This document shows, piece by piece, positions 45,022 through 54,808 of a stretch of 64,000 nt of DNA. The first letter of the stretch is position 1; each line of letters begins with the position of its first letter. Source of the DNA: Candidatus Omnitrophota bacterium (GTDB taxonomy: Bacteria; Omnitrophota; Gorgyraeia; Gygaellales; Profunditerraquicolaceae). The translations under genes were made by a program, and so were the position numbers. The notes beneath the pieces are model-generated. The model was given only the letters and a program-made list of their open reading frames with translations, was not told the DNA's origin and did no database searches. The stretch is from positions 1 through 64,000 of the forward strand of contig JBEKSD010000011.1 in NCBI GenBank assembly GCA_049517335.1. Direction: 5' to 3'.

Positions 45022-45310
45022 AACCTTCTCTAGCTCCTTCTTTCAACCATATTTGATTCTTCTTAACAGCATAACCTCTAAAGCGTTTAGAAATGACGGG
45101 GGATGAAATAATTGTATTTCTACGTCGTCTTCTTTATATACGGTTTTCTTAGTATTAAAAGGTAGCCTTTTCACTATTCTAAGCATTAAGTTTTTATCCA
45201 TATTGAATATTATACGCTTGAAAGTTAACTTTGCAACTTCGTAATATGTAATGTAAAAAGTAGTCTAAATAATATCCTCATCCTCTCAAGGGGCTCTCTA
45301 GCAGTGTTTG

Positions 45311-45360
45311 GAGAGTTTTCCCCTTACTGGATATTCATGGACGCCCTTATGGGGATCACC
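45311..45360 (+). repeat. Variant att-like site (family 2)
   Basis: GAGAGTTTTCC...ATATTCATGGACGCCCTTATGGG; homolog of 34155-34205. Confidence 0.5.
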
Positions 45361-45441
45361 CTATAAATTTTCTCATACTTGAATTGGTGGATAAACTAAG
45401 ATATAATCATATATAATATTTACATAGGTAGGAGGTTAATC

Positions 45442-46098
45442 ATGAAAATTAATTTTGAAAAAGCCGTTTCATATATTGGTACCCTGTATGAGAACGATGA
45501 AGCGTCCAAAATAAATTATATTAAATCGACAGAACTAAAAAACTTCGGAACAGTTGTAGATAGCGACGTTTCAAGAATGATGCAGCTATTAATACGTTTG
45601 GTACGACCGCAAAGGATCTTATAAATTGGAACAAGTGTAGGTTATTCAACAGTATCTATGGCTAACATTGCTAAAGAATACGGAGGTAAAATTACCACGA
45701 TTGAGTATAATGAACAATCAGCAAAGCAGGCAATAAAGAATTTTGAACGTGCTGGAGTTGCTGAACTTATCGAGGTAAAAATCGGTGACGCAAAGGAAAT
45801 CATTCCAACTTTAAAAGAAAGCTTTGACTTAATATTTCAAGATGTCGGAGATAAAATGCTTTATTCTGTATTACTAAATGATTTAGTCACTCTTCTAAAA
45901 CCAGGTGGAGTGTTATTGGCTGAAGATTCCCTTTTACCTTGTGCGAACCTCAAAAACTCCGACTTTGATCAAGCAGAATGGAATAGTGCAGTGAAAGCTC
46001 TCGATAAATTCAACAAAATGATTGCTCAATGCCCAGATTTAAAAAGTACATTACTTCCCATTGGTGATGGATTGACTATAGGCATAAAAATAGGTTAG
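45442..46098 (+). pseudogene. O-methyltransferase (YrrM/CCoAOMT-like) with a nonsense codon
   Basis: RPQRIL*IGTSVGYS: TAA 45622-45624 replaces the Glu of the LEIGT motif; both halves are in frame. Confidence 0.85.
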
Positions 46099-46341
46099 TA
46101 CAAGGAAGCAGCTTAATTAAACATATTAATTCAAGGAATAGTATCTGAACTAGCCAGCCAATTGAACAGCAGGGTAGTAAATTACCAATGTCCGGACAAA
46201 GATAGGCGGACAACCCTATCTCCTAATTACTCAAAGAGTTACGCGATTTTAAGCCAAAAATGACCGGACAAAACGGACGCATTTTCGAGCTTTTTTGTCC
46301 GTCACCAGGCCAGTAATGTGCCTCTCTAAAGCAGATAATTC

Positions 46342-46523
46342 TTGCTCTAATAGGGTAAGGGCTATATAATTGGTAGCTAGGAATTAAGAGAGGTTTCCCC
46401 TTGGCTCATACGAGAGGGACCCCAGTAATATCGTTCTCCTCATAGTATTGGATAGTTTAAGGCCTATGATCGCAGTAGCGGTTATAGGCCTTTTTATCTG
46501 GCGATGTCCCTAGGAGTTAGGGG
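46342..46523 (+). repeat. Repeat site C: promoter, hairpin, CCAGTA, terminator, conserved box
   Basis: TTGCTC-17-TATAAT; hairpin 46392-46421; terminator 46459-46495. Confidence 0.85.
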
Positions 46524-46596
46524 GGTTACTTACGAATGTTACAAAAGTTATAAAATAACCATTGCAATTGTTTATAAAATGATATAAAATGTTATA

Positions 46597-46794
46597 ATGG
46601 AATTGATACAGAAGTTAGATATATATCGCTTGGAAAACAGAATCTCCCAACAGTCGTTAGCCGCGAAGTTGGGAGTTTCTTTTGTTACGGTAAATAGATG
46701 GTTTAATAATAAGACCAAGCCGAATAAAATTCAAAGGTATCATATTAATAAATTTCTTAAGAACATTAAAGGAGGGGAGAAGCATGGAAAATAA
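46597..46794 (+). CDS. XRE-family HTH protein
   Basis: SQQSLAAKLGVSFVTVNRW. Confidence 0.85.
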   Translation: MELIQKLDIYRLENRISQQSLAAKLGVSFVTVNRWFNNKTKPNKIQRYHINKFLKNIKGGEKHGK

Positions 46795-47050
46795 TGGTTT
46801 AGGATATTGGGTGTGGTTTCTCCTTATCGGTGCGGTGATAGGGTGGTTGGCAGGGCTCATCGTCAGAGGCCGGGGGTTTGGGATTATCGGAGATATCGTA
46901 GTCGGGGTTGTAGGAGCTATGCTTGGTGGATGGATGGGGAGAGTAATAGGAATATATCCCGGCAGTTCAATTGGCGCGTTTTTAATGGCTCTTGTAGGTG
47001 CGGTGCTCTTAGTAGGCCTGACGCGCTTCATTAAACGAATAGCCGCATAA
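46784..47050 (+). CDS. GlsB/YeaQ/YmgE family membrane protein
   Basis: GWLAGLIVRGRGFGIIGDIVVGVVGA. Confidence 0.9.
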   Translation: MENNGLGYWVWFLLIGAVIGWLAGLIVRGRGFGIIGDIVVGVVGAMLGGWMGRVIGIYPGSSIGAFLMALVGAVLLVGLTRFIKRIAA

Positions 47051-47084
47051 GTAGTAAATTATGTCTGTACGCTAGGATAACAAT

Positions 47085-48266
47085 ATGAGACAAAAGATGT
47101 TATGCCGCTTGTTTATATTAGTAACTTGTATTTCGACATTATCAGGGTGCGCCCATCTGCGAAATGCTGTACCGGAAAATCTTGTTGGTACGGCCGTCGT
47201 TGTCGGTATGCCGGATATGCGCTATTATACAGGTAAGCCTGAGTCTCTCTTTATGCGGCAGAGTCTGGCAGATTCGTTTAAAGACGAAGGTAAATCAGAA
47301 TATCTGGTTGACGGTATAAAGACCTATCCGGTGCTTATTATCGGAGGGGGTGTATCTAACAGTGCTTACGGCTTAGGACTATTGAAAGGATGGTTAAAGG
47401 AAGGGTCTCGGCCGGCATTTAAAATAGTTACTGGCTATTCGAGCGGATCAATCCTCGCTGTTGCCACGTTTTCAGGAAAAGACTATGAAGAACGGCTTGC
47501 GGACCTATTCACCTCGATATCTACCAAAGATGTTGTGAAACAGAGGAGCAGTTTTGCCCTTCTATTTGGAGATTCTGTGGTTAGTTCAGTTCCATTAGCT
47601 AAGAAAATCGATGACCTTGTGGATGAAAATTTAATGGTAAGGATCGCACAAGAGCATAGGAAGGGGCGCAGACTATATGTGGGAACCACGGATTTTGACG
47701 CCCAAGGGTTTGTTATATGGGACATGGGAGCACTTGCTTCCATTGGAGGCCCCGATTCGCTGAAAATGTTCCGCAAAATAATTCTAGCTTCATGTTCATT
47801 CCCAGCTATGCTTCCTCCGGTCTATTTTCAAGTTGAAGCCGGAGGCAGGCGTTATGATGAGATGCATGTTGATGGAGGGGTCATGGGTGGAGTTTTTTAT
47901 ATCCATCAGTTAATGGAAGGTGGGGGATTTAAAGAATTCAGAACTCGATTATATATCTTAAATCTGTGTTATATGTCACCGCACTCCAAACAGGTAGAAG
48001 ACAACCTGGTGGCGATAACATCACGCCTGATTGAAAGCAATGGAGCGTCAAAAATGATCGGGGATACTTACAGGCTTTACGCTTTCGCTAAAGAAAAAGG
48101 ATGGGATTATAATTTAGCCTATATTCCAGAAGATTTTAAGCCTTATCAAAAAGAGATGTTCGATAGGCAGGAGATGCAGAGGCTCTTTAAACGCGGATAT
48201 GACGATGCGGTAGTAGGATATAAGTGGCACAAAGCTCCGCCTGGACTTGTGGCAGATGGTAAATAG
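47085..48266 (+). CDS. Patatin-like phospholipase, lipoprotein
   Basis: Lipobox LSGC; GGG, GYSSG, VDGG. Confidence 0.85.
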   Translation: MRQKMLCRLFILVTCISTLSGCAHLRNAVPENLVGTAVVVGMPDMRYYTGKPESLFMRQSLADSFKDEGKSEYLVDGIKTYPVLIIGGGVSNSAYGLGLLKGWLKEGSRPAFKIVTGYSSGSILAVATFSGKDYEERLADLFTSISTKDVVKQRSSFALLFGDSVVSSVPLAKKIDDLVDENLMVRIAQEHRKGRRLYVGTTDFDAQGFVIWDMGALASIGGPDSLKMFRKIILASCSFPAMLPPVYFQVEAGGRRYDEMHVDGGVMGGVFYIHQLMEGGGFKEFRTRLYILNLCYMSPHSKQVEDNLVAITSRLIESNGASKMIGDTYRLYAFAKEKGWDYNLAYIPEDFKPYQKEMFDRQEMQRLFKRGYDDAVVGYKWHKAPPGLVADGK

Positions 48267-48290
48267 CCCGTTATACGTAATGGAGGATAT

Positions 48291-48485
48291 ATGAATAAAG
48301 GTATGTCGGTTGCGCTTTTAGTTGTAGGAGTTCTCTTGTTAGTTCTTGGGTTAAATGCGTATCACTCGACTAGTTCCGATGTTTCGCGATTTTTTACGGG
48401 TGCGCCTACAGATAAGGCTCTTTGGCTTCTGATTGGTGGAACGATCGCTGGTATAGTAGGGTTTTCAGGTTTAATTAAAAAATAA
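48291..48485 (+). CDS. DUF3185-like small membrane protein
   Basis: SDVSRFFTGAPTDKALWLL. Confidence 0.8.
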   Translation: MNKGMSVALLVVGVLLLVLGLNAYHSTSSDVSRFFTGAPTDKALWLLIGGTIAGIVGFSGLIKK

Positions 48486-48550
48486 GATAGTGTTCGTTTT
48501 AAAATATAGCGAGGCTGAATGAAGAACTTAAAAGTTTATTTAAAGCTCGT

Positions 48551-51235
48551 ATGAATACTAGAAAACAGATTATTCGGTTTTTAATTACGGGCACTACTGT
48601 CAATGCAACAGACTTTAGTATCTATTATATTTTATTTCATTTTTTTTCTTATAGTATATCCAAGGGTATCTCTTTTACGTGCGCTGGTATTGTTGGGTAT
48701 TTACTTTTGAAATATTGGACATTTAAACATAACCAACCATCGTATACTGAAGTTGGCCGGTATGCGTTAATTAATTTTTTAGCATTAGGCGTCAATGTTT
48801 TAACAAATCAAAGCATCCTTAACTTGCGGCCCGGTTCTGTTTTTTTAGCTTTAATTATCGCTTCGGCCTTAACAGGATTGTTTACCTTTGTTTGTTTTAA
48901 ATGGTGGGTTTTTAGATCCTCTTTGAAAGAGAGGATCTATTTTGTATGGTGGAAATGGCTCCCCTGGAGATTTTTAGTAAGAGACGCTGCGCGTAGGCAA
49001 GGATTTTTAGATCCGATTAAGCTCCTTTCTCAATTGCAGAATTTTGCCCAACCCTCAGAGGTGGCAGTTCCGATGGAACTGTTGCGTTCAGGCGTTGTCT
49101 TACACGCTCGGGGCTTGATAAATAGTCTAGCCATTCAGCATAACCTTGATTGGATCTGGCCTTATTGGGTAGAATGCCAATATAACCCTCGGAACGAGGC
49201 GTTTATCCCGCGGTCATTTTCGTTGACTCAAATTAATCTTACCCATAGAAATTGGACAGCTTTGGGTGTTCCTGACGGGACTGAATTTCCTCTTGTAGAC
49301 CCTCGCGGCCTGGTTACTCCCTATTACGACAGTTGGTCTATTGATGTTTGGATTGTTCCGGAGAAGGGAGAGCCATTAATTCCATCGCGCCTGCCTGCCG
49401 GACAAGCAGATAGCCAAAACGTATCGCAGAAGTTGAGTTTAAATGATAATCTTTGTGTGGTCACAGAATCCTGCTTGGATCAATTAAAGCTTCAATTGAC
49501 AACGCAAGTTATCGGTTCAGCCGCAGTGCCTATTTGTCAGGTTAAAATCACAGGAACAGCTGGCGTAAAGGCCAAGTTAGTTATTTCGCTTAGGCCCTAT
49601 AATCCCGAAGGCGTGAGTTTCATTAATAGCATTACTCTTCTTGAGGATTCGCTAGGTTGGCAAATAAACGGGAAAAGTTTCGTCTATTTCGATAAGCCGC
49701 CGGATCAATGCGTATTTTCGGATTATCGTAGAGGAGATGTTTATAGCCGCCTGTCGTCGAAGGAAAATGAAAAAGAAATTTTAAGTAAAGTCGGTATGGC
49801 AAGTGCGGCAGCAATATATATATTGGAATCAGGGTTTGCGCTAGAAATTAACATTTCAATGCCTTTAACAAAAAACAAAATTGAAAAAGAATCTTGTCGG
49901 GACTATGAAGAGTCTGCGAAATTAGCGTGGAAGAATAGTCTTCAAGGCGCCTGTTTATTACAAATTCCCGATAAACATTTTCAGTTTCTCTACGAAGCCG
50001 CTATCCACACCATGGTTTTGCATTCTCCCAAGGAAGTATATCCGGGACCTTATATTTACCGGCGGTTTTGGTTTCGCGATGCAGCTTTTATATTAAATGG
50101 CTTGTTGTGTGTCGGACTAAAGGAACGTGTTCGAAGGGCTTTGGATTGTTTCCGTTCTCGTCAAACAGCTCAAGGTTATTTTCTCTCTCAGGAAGGGGAA
50201 TGGGATTCTAACGGAGAGGCCTTGTGGATTATGCGTCAATATTGTGAGATGACTGGAAATCTTCCGCCACAAGAATGGAGAGAGTCGATTACTAAAGCGG
50301 GTAAGTGGATTTACAAGAAGCGCTTGTCTAGTAATTTGCAATCTCTCCATGCAGGATTATTACCTTCGGGATTTAGCGCCGAGCATTTAGGGCCGAATGA
50401 TTTTTATTATTGGGATGACTTTTGGGCTGTTGCGGGGTTAAGAGCAGCATCATTTTTGTGCTCCGCTTACAATGATAATGATGAAGCTGCTTATTTTGAA
50501 ACGGAATCACACGCTTTGTTGAAGAGCATTAATCAAAGTTTAAAGAAAGTAGAAGTTCGTTTAAAAAGGCCTGCGATACCCGCCTCTCCTTATCGGCGTT
50601 TGGATTCGGGAGCGATTGGTTCTTTGGCTGCCAGTTATCCGCTGCGGGTCTTTGAGCAGAGCGATCCGAGGGTTTTAGACACAGCCGATTTTTTAATGAA
50701 AAATTGTTTAGTTCACGGCGGATTTTTTCATGACATGACCCATTCAGGAATCAATCCTTATCTTACGTTACATTTAGCCCAAGTGCTTTTGCGTGCAGGT
50801 GATCCCAGATATTTTGGTTTGATGGACGCGGTGGCTAAACTGGCTTCACCTACAGGACAATGGCCGGAGTCAGTACATCCGCGTACAGGCGGTGGATGCA
50901 TGGGGGATGGACAGCATGTTTGGGCCGCAGCGGAATGGGTTTTGATGATCAGAAATTGCTTTGTGCGCGAAGAAGGTAACCGGTTAATTTTATGTTCTGG
51001 AATCCCACGAGCCTGGATTGATAAAAATCAAGCCATTAAGTTTGGGCCTGCTCCTACAAGTTTCGGGGATATTCAAATTTCTATAGAACCGCGAGGGGAG
51101 AATATTCTTGTCGAATGGAGGGGCAATTGGTTTGCGAAAGAACCTCTGATGGATATTCAATTACCGGGTTTTAAAAGCGTAAGGATTACCCCTGCGACAA
51201 ATTCTCTTGAATTCAAAATTGAGGCGGGTAAATGA
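48551..51235 (+). CDS. GtrA-like domain fused to a six-hairpin glycoside hydrolase-like domain
   Basis: N-terminal 4-TM GtrA pattern (QIIRFLITG, KYWTF, KWWVF); FWFRDAA, EWDSNG, YYWDDFW, GQWPE. Confidence 0.75.
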   Translation: MNTRKQIIRFLITGTTVNATDFSIYYILFHFFSYSISKGISFTCAGIVGYLLLKYWTFKHNQPSYTEVGRYALINFLALGVNVLTNQSILNLRPGSVFLALIIASALTGLFTFVCFKWWVFRSSLKERIYFVWWKWLPWRFLVRDAARRQGFLDPIKLLSQLQNFAQPSEVAVPMELLRSGVVLHARGLINSLAIQHNLDWIWPYWVECQYNPRNEAFIPRSFSLTQINLTHRNWTALGVPDGTEFPLVDPRGLVTPYYDSWSIDVWIVPEKGEPLIPSRLPAGQADSQNVSQKLSLNDNLCVVTESCLDQLKLQLTTQVIGSAAVPICQVKITGTAGVKAKLVISLRPYNPEGVSFINSITLLEDSLGWQINGKSFVYFDKPPDQCVFSDYRRGDVYSRLSSKENEKEILSKVGMASAAAIYILESGFALEINISMPLTKNKIEKESCRDYEESAKLAWKNSLQGACLLQIPDKHFQFLYEAAIHTMVLHSPKEVYPGPYIYRRFWFRDAAFILNGLLCVGLKERVRRALDCFRSRQTAQGYFLSQEGEWDSNGEALWIMRQYCEMTGNLPPQEWRESITKAGKWIYKKRLSSNLQSLHAGLLPSGFSAEHLGPNDFYYWDDFWAVAGLRAASFLCSAYNDNDEAAYFETESHALLKSINQSLKKVEVRLKRPAIPASPYRRLDSGAIGSLAASYPLRVFEQSDPRVLDTADFLMKNCLVHGGFFHDMTHSGINPYLTLHLAQVLLRAGDPRYFGLMDAVAKLASPTGQWPESVHPRTGGGCMGDGQHVWAAAEWVLMIRNCFVREEGNRLILCSGIPRAWIDKNQAIKFGPAPTSFGDIQISIEPRGENILVEWRGNWFAKEPLMDIQLPGFKSVRITPATNSLEFKIEAGK

Positions 51236-52686
51236 TAAAAGATCTTGTAGCTAAAGTTAGAGATTTTGTCATAGTGAATTTGGAGGCAAAAGTTTACCCG
51301 GAAGAGATTGAGAAGTTCTATACAAAAATTGCTCCTATTAAAGAGATGTGCGTCTTTACTGTTTCCGGAATGGAAGGCGTAAAAGAATCGAGAGTGCTTT
51401 GGGCTATCATACAACCGGATCTTGATAATTTCAGGAAATTTGCCTCAGTGAATCTACATTTAGCCATTAAGGAGAGATTTGATAATGCCGAGCAATCGTT
51501 GCCTATTTATAAAAGGATTAAAGGTTTTACTATCACACTTGATGACCTGCCGCATGACCTGATTGGTAATTTAGATAGAAATGCGGTTAAAGAAATATAT
51601 GAACCTAGGGTAATCGCGGGAATAGAGGGTGCTCTTCCGGTTTTAGGAGAGTTAACGGCTGCGGACCATCTGTTGATAGAATCCGCAATCGGCATAAGAA
51701 TCTCGGAATGCTTAAAGGAACAGGGTGGCGTTAAAAGGCCGATAATACTGGAGGATTCTTTAGAGTTGGACTTGGGTATAGATTCATTAGGCAGGGTAGA
51801 GCTTGCTTTACGTCTTGAGTTAGCTTTTAGTATTGATATAAAAGACGAGGTAGTCTCCAGAGCTTTTACCGTAAAGGATCTTATTCTGGGAATAATGGAA
51901 GCCTTAAGAGGGGCCAAACCCATCTCCCCGGAGGATCAAGGGATATCTTTAGGGTTAAATTTCTGGAAAGAAAGTTTAAGGGTACTGCCTAAAGAAGAAC
52001 ATTTGGGGGCGCTTGAATTCAGTACCGGTTTTTTCGCCTGGCTGCTTCGATTTAGTATAACAGCAATAGATTTTTTGATTTTTAAATTGTTTTTCCATAT
52101 TAAGGCTGAAGGAGCAGAGAATGTACCTAAAGAAGGAGCTTATATTCTGTATCCCAACCACACCAGCGATCTTGATGGGCCGGCTATTAACGCTTGCTTG
52201 CCGCGTAGGCCGGTGTTTCAGCTTTTTTATTTTTTATTCATACCTTATTTCTTTAGGCCGTTTATAAAATCAACTTTTTTAAGAAATCTCGTTAAGATGG
52301 AAAGACTTATTCCTTTTGATTATTCAGCGCATTTTCTGGAGGCGTTACGCAGTGCCTATTTAGTCTTGCAGCGCGGTAAAGGCTTGTGTTTTTTCCCGGA
52401 AGGGTTGCGCAGTACTACTGGCGAAGTTGGGAAATTTAAAAAAGGTTTCGGTATCTTGGCTAAGGAAACGGGAGCAAAGCTTGTTCCTGTGGCTATAGAA
52501 GGGGCTTTTGAGGCATGGCCCAGTACGGTAAAGTATCCCAAATTCCGCGCGATTAGAGTCAGATTTGGCAAGCCGTTTCTCCCTGAAGATTTAGAAAAAG
52601 AAGGGTTGGCCATGGGCGCACAAGACTCTTATGAAGCAATATGCGTGGCGGCAAGAAAAGCGCTTATAGAATTGAAGGCTAAATAA
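51232..52686 (+). CDS. Truncated AMP-binding C-domain + ACP + PlsC acyltransferase fusion
   Basis: KVYPEEIE; LGIDSLGRVEL; NHTSDLD, FPEG. Confidence 0.8.
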   Translation: MIKDLVAKVRDFVIVNLEAKVYPEEIEKFYTKIAPIKEMCVFTVSGMEGVKESRVLWAIIQPDLDNFRKFASVNLHLAIKERFDNAEQSLPIYKRIKGFTITLDDLPHDLIGNLDRNAVKEIYEPRVIAGIEGALPVLGELTAADHLLIESAIGIRISECLKEQGGVKRPIILEDSLELDLGIDSLGRVELALRLELAFSIDIKDEVVSRAFTVKDLILGIMEALRGAKPISPEDQGISLGLNFWKESLRVLPKEEHLGALEFSTGFFAWLLRFSITAIDFLIFKLFFHIKAEGAENVPKEGAYILYPNHTSDLDGPAINACLPRRPVFQLFYFLFIPYFFRPFIKSTFLRNLVKMERLIPFDYSAHFLEALRSAYLVLQRGKGLCFFPEGLRSTTGEVGKFKKGFGILAKETGAKLVPVAIEGAFEAWPSTVKYPKFRAIRVRFGKPFLPEDLEKEGLAMGAQDSYEAICVAARKALIELKAK

Positions 52687-54047
52687 TGAATATTCTTATG
52701 ATGACCAATACTTATTTTCCGATGGTCGGAGGGTTAGAGCAATCGGTTTATTCTTTTAGCGAGGCATTTAGAAGCTTAGGGCATGAGGTTTTGATTGTTA
52801 CTCCGGCTTTTGGTGGCGCGCCGAAAGAGGAACCAGGCGTTATTCGAATTCCTGCTTTCCAAAAATTTGGAGGGACTGTTTTTTCGGTTAACTTTCCGAT
52901 TTCCGGACTCTTAAAGCGATACATGAAAGAATTCGTACCGGATATGGTGCACAGCCACGGCCCGTTTTTCATGGGAGATTTCGCGTTACGCCTTAGCCGG
53001 CAGCACGCCATACCGCTTGTATTTACTTATCACTGTATGTTTGAACAGTATGTGCATGATTGGCCAGTTCAAAATGAGGGAGTAAAAAGATTTATGGTCA
53101 AGCTTGCTGCTGGATATTCCAATTTAGTAGATCAGGTAATCGTGCCTAGCGAAAGCGTGCAGGATATTTTACTTAAAAGAGGTGTTAAGACTCCCATGGA
53201 GGTTATCCCGACAGGGATAGATGCCCAACGTTTTGCAAAAGGCGACGGAAAAGCTTTTCGAAAGCAGAACCAGATCCCTTCCGATGCTTTAGTGGTTGGC
53301 CATGCTGGTAGACTGTCTCCGGAAAAGAATTTGGGGTTCCTGACAAATTGTTTGGTTGAATTATTAAAAAGAGATCCTAGGGTTCATGCCCTGATCGTGG
53401 GCCTTGGCCCATCGCAAAATTTGATTAAGGACGCTTTTAGAACAGCTGGCCTTGAAAAAAGATTACATTTAACCGGGGTTTTACGTTATCAGGATTTAGT
53501 GGATGCTTATTTTGCCATGGATGTTTTCGCATTTGCTTCATTAAGCGAAACGCAAGGGATTGTTCTTATCGAAGCCATGGCAGCAGGGGTTCCGGTGGTG
53601 GCGTTGGATGCGCCGGGAGTACGGGAAGTTGTAGAAGATTATCACAACGGTCGGTTGCTCAGCCAGATGGATCAGCAAAGTTTTATTGATGCGCTTATCT
53701 GGGTTTTATCCCGGACTCCTGAAGAGTTACAAACCATAAAGCAGATCGTAAGAATGACGGTACAGAAATACCCGATTATGTCTGGTGCCAAACATATGTT
53801 AGAGATTTATGATAAAATTAGATCCAGGAGATCGGTTTCCTTAGGTAAAAAAAATAGTTCGCGGTATCTCATCCAGTGGCGCATGAAAGCGGAGTGGGAT
53901 ATTTGCAGCAATTATATTAAATCCGTAGTTACATCAGTATTCGAAGGAGGCTTTCAGAAAACAGAACCCATAAAAATTAAAGATACGACGGTAAAAAGTG
54001 GAGACCCTCTATCTAATAGTGCGACCAAGGGTTACTTAAAACAATGA
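52686..54047 (+). CDS. Glycosyltransferase family 4
   Basis: GRLSPEKN, SETQGIVLIEAMAAG. Confidence 0.92.
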   Translation: MNILMMTNTYFPMVGGLEQSVYSFSEAFRSLGHEVLIVTPAFGGAPKEEPGVIRIPAFQKFGGTVFSVNFPISGLLKRYMKEFVPDMVHSHGPFFMGDFALRLSRQHAIPLVFTYHCMFEQYVHDWPVQNEGVKRFMVKLAAGYSNLVDQVIVPSESVQDILLKRGVKTPMEVIPTGIDAQRFAKGDGKAFRKQNQIPSDALVVGHAGRLSPEKNLGFLTNCLVELLKRDPRVHALIVGLGPSQNLIKDAFRTAGLEKRLHLTGVLRYQDLVDAYFAMDVFAFASLSETQGIVLIEAMAAGVPVVALDAPGVREVVEDYHNGRLLSQMDQQSFIDALIWVLSRTPEELQTIKQIVRMTVQKYPIMSGAKHMLEIYDKIRSRRSVSLGKKNSSRYLIQWRMKAEWDICSNYIKSVVTSVFEGGFQKTEPIKIKDTTVKSGDPLSNSATKGYLKQ

Positions 54048-54808
54048 CTCCTAATTTTACTGGGGAGAATTGTTCCGTGATGACCGAGGATGGGAAACGT
54101 ATTGCCTTGATTCACGTTAAAGGAGGATTTTCCAAAGTTATTATTATCGCTCACGGTTTTTATAATAACAAGGATACATTTTTATTTCGAGGGATAACTG
54201 AGGCGTTTAGTAAAGAATACGATGTTATCGTGTTCGATTTTCGAGGCCATGGCAAGAGTAGTGACGTGTTTACCTGGACAGCGCGTGAACAAAAAGATTT
54301 GCGAGCGATCATTGTCTACGCCAAAGATAATCGCTATACCAAAATTGGCGTGATTGGTTTTTCGTTTGGCGCAGCGATCGCCATGATTGAAGCCAGCCAT
54401 CATCAGAATATTGATAGCCTAATCGCTGTTAGCGCCCCTGCAGATTTAAGAAGTATCAATTATCATTTTTGGGAAAAAGATATGTGGGAAGATTTAAAGC
54501 TTAATTTTGGGATCAAGGGGCAGGGTAAGGGGGTCAGGCTGGGTAGTCTTTCTTTAGAAAAGATTCGACCCATTGATATTGTTGATAAGATATCGCCCAC
54601 GCCAGTACTTTTTGTTCACGGTGAAAAAGACTGGCTGGTTAAGCCAAACCATAGCCAGCGTTTATTTGAAAAAGCAAAAAACCCTAAAGCTCTGACGATC
54701 ATTAAAGATGGTGGCCATGCGGAAAGGATGTTTGATGTTTTTCCTGATCAATTTATGAAAATATGCTTAGATAGATTTAGGAAAACTTTAGAAGAGGCGA
54801 ATCCATGA
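54044..54808 (+). CDS. Alpha/beta hydrolase
   Basis: HGF, DFRGHG, GFSFG, HGEKD, GGH. Confidence 0.9.
   Translation: MTPNFTGENCSVMTEDGKRIALIHVKGGFSKVIIIAHGFYNNKDTFLFRGITEAFSKEYDVIVFDFRGHGKSSDVFTWTAREQKDLRAIIVYAKDNRYTKIGVIGFSFGAAIAMIEASHHQNIDSLIAVSAPADLRSINYHFWEKDMWEDLKLNFGIKGQGKGVRLGSLSLEKIRPIDIVDKISPTPVLFVHGEKDWLVKPNHSQRLFEKAKNPKALTIIKDGGHAERMFDVFPDQFMKICLDRFRKTLEEANP

Noticed and set aside
45622-45624. Stop-codon reassignment or read-through
   Set aside because: TAA terminates many other genes here; a single GAA>TAA change is simpler
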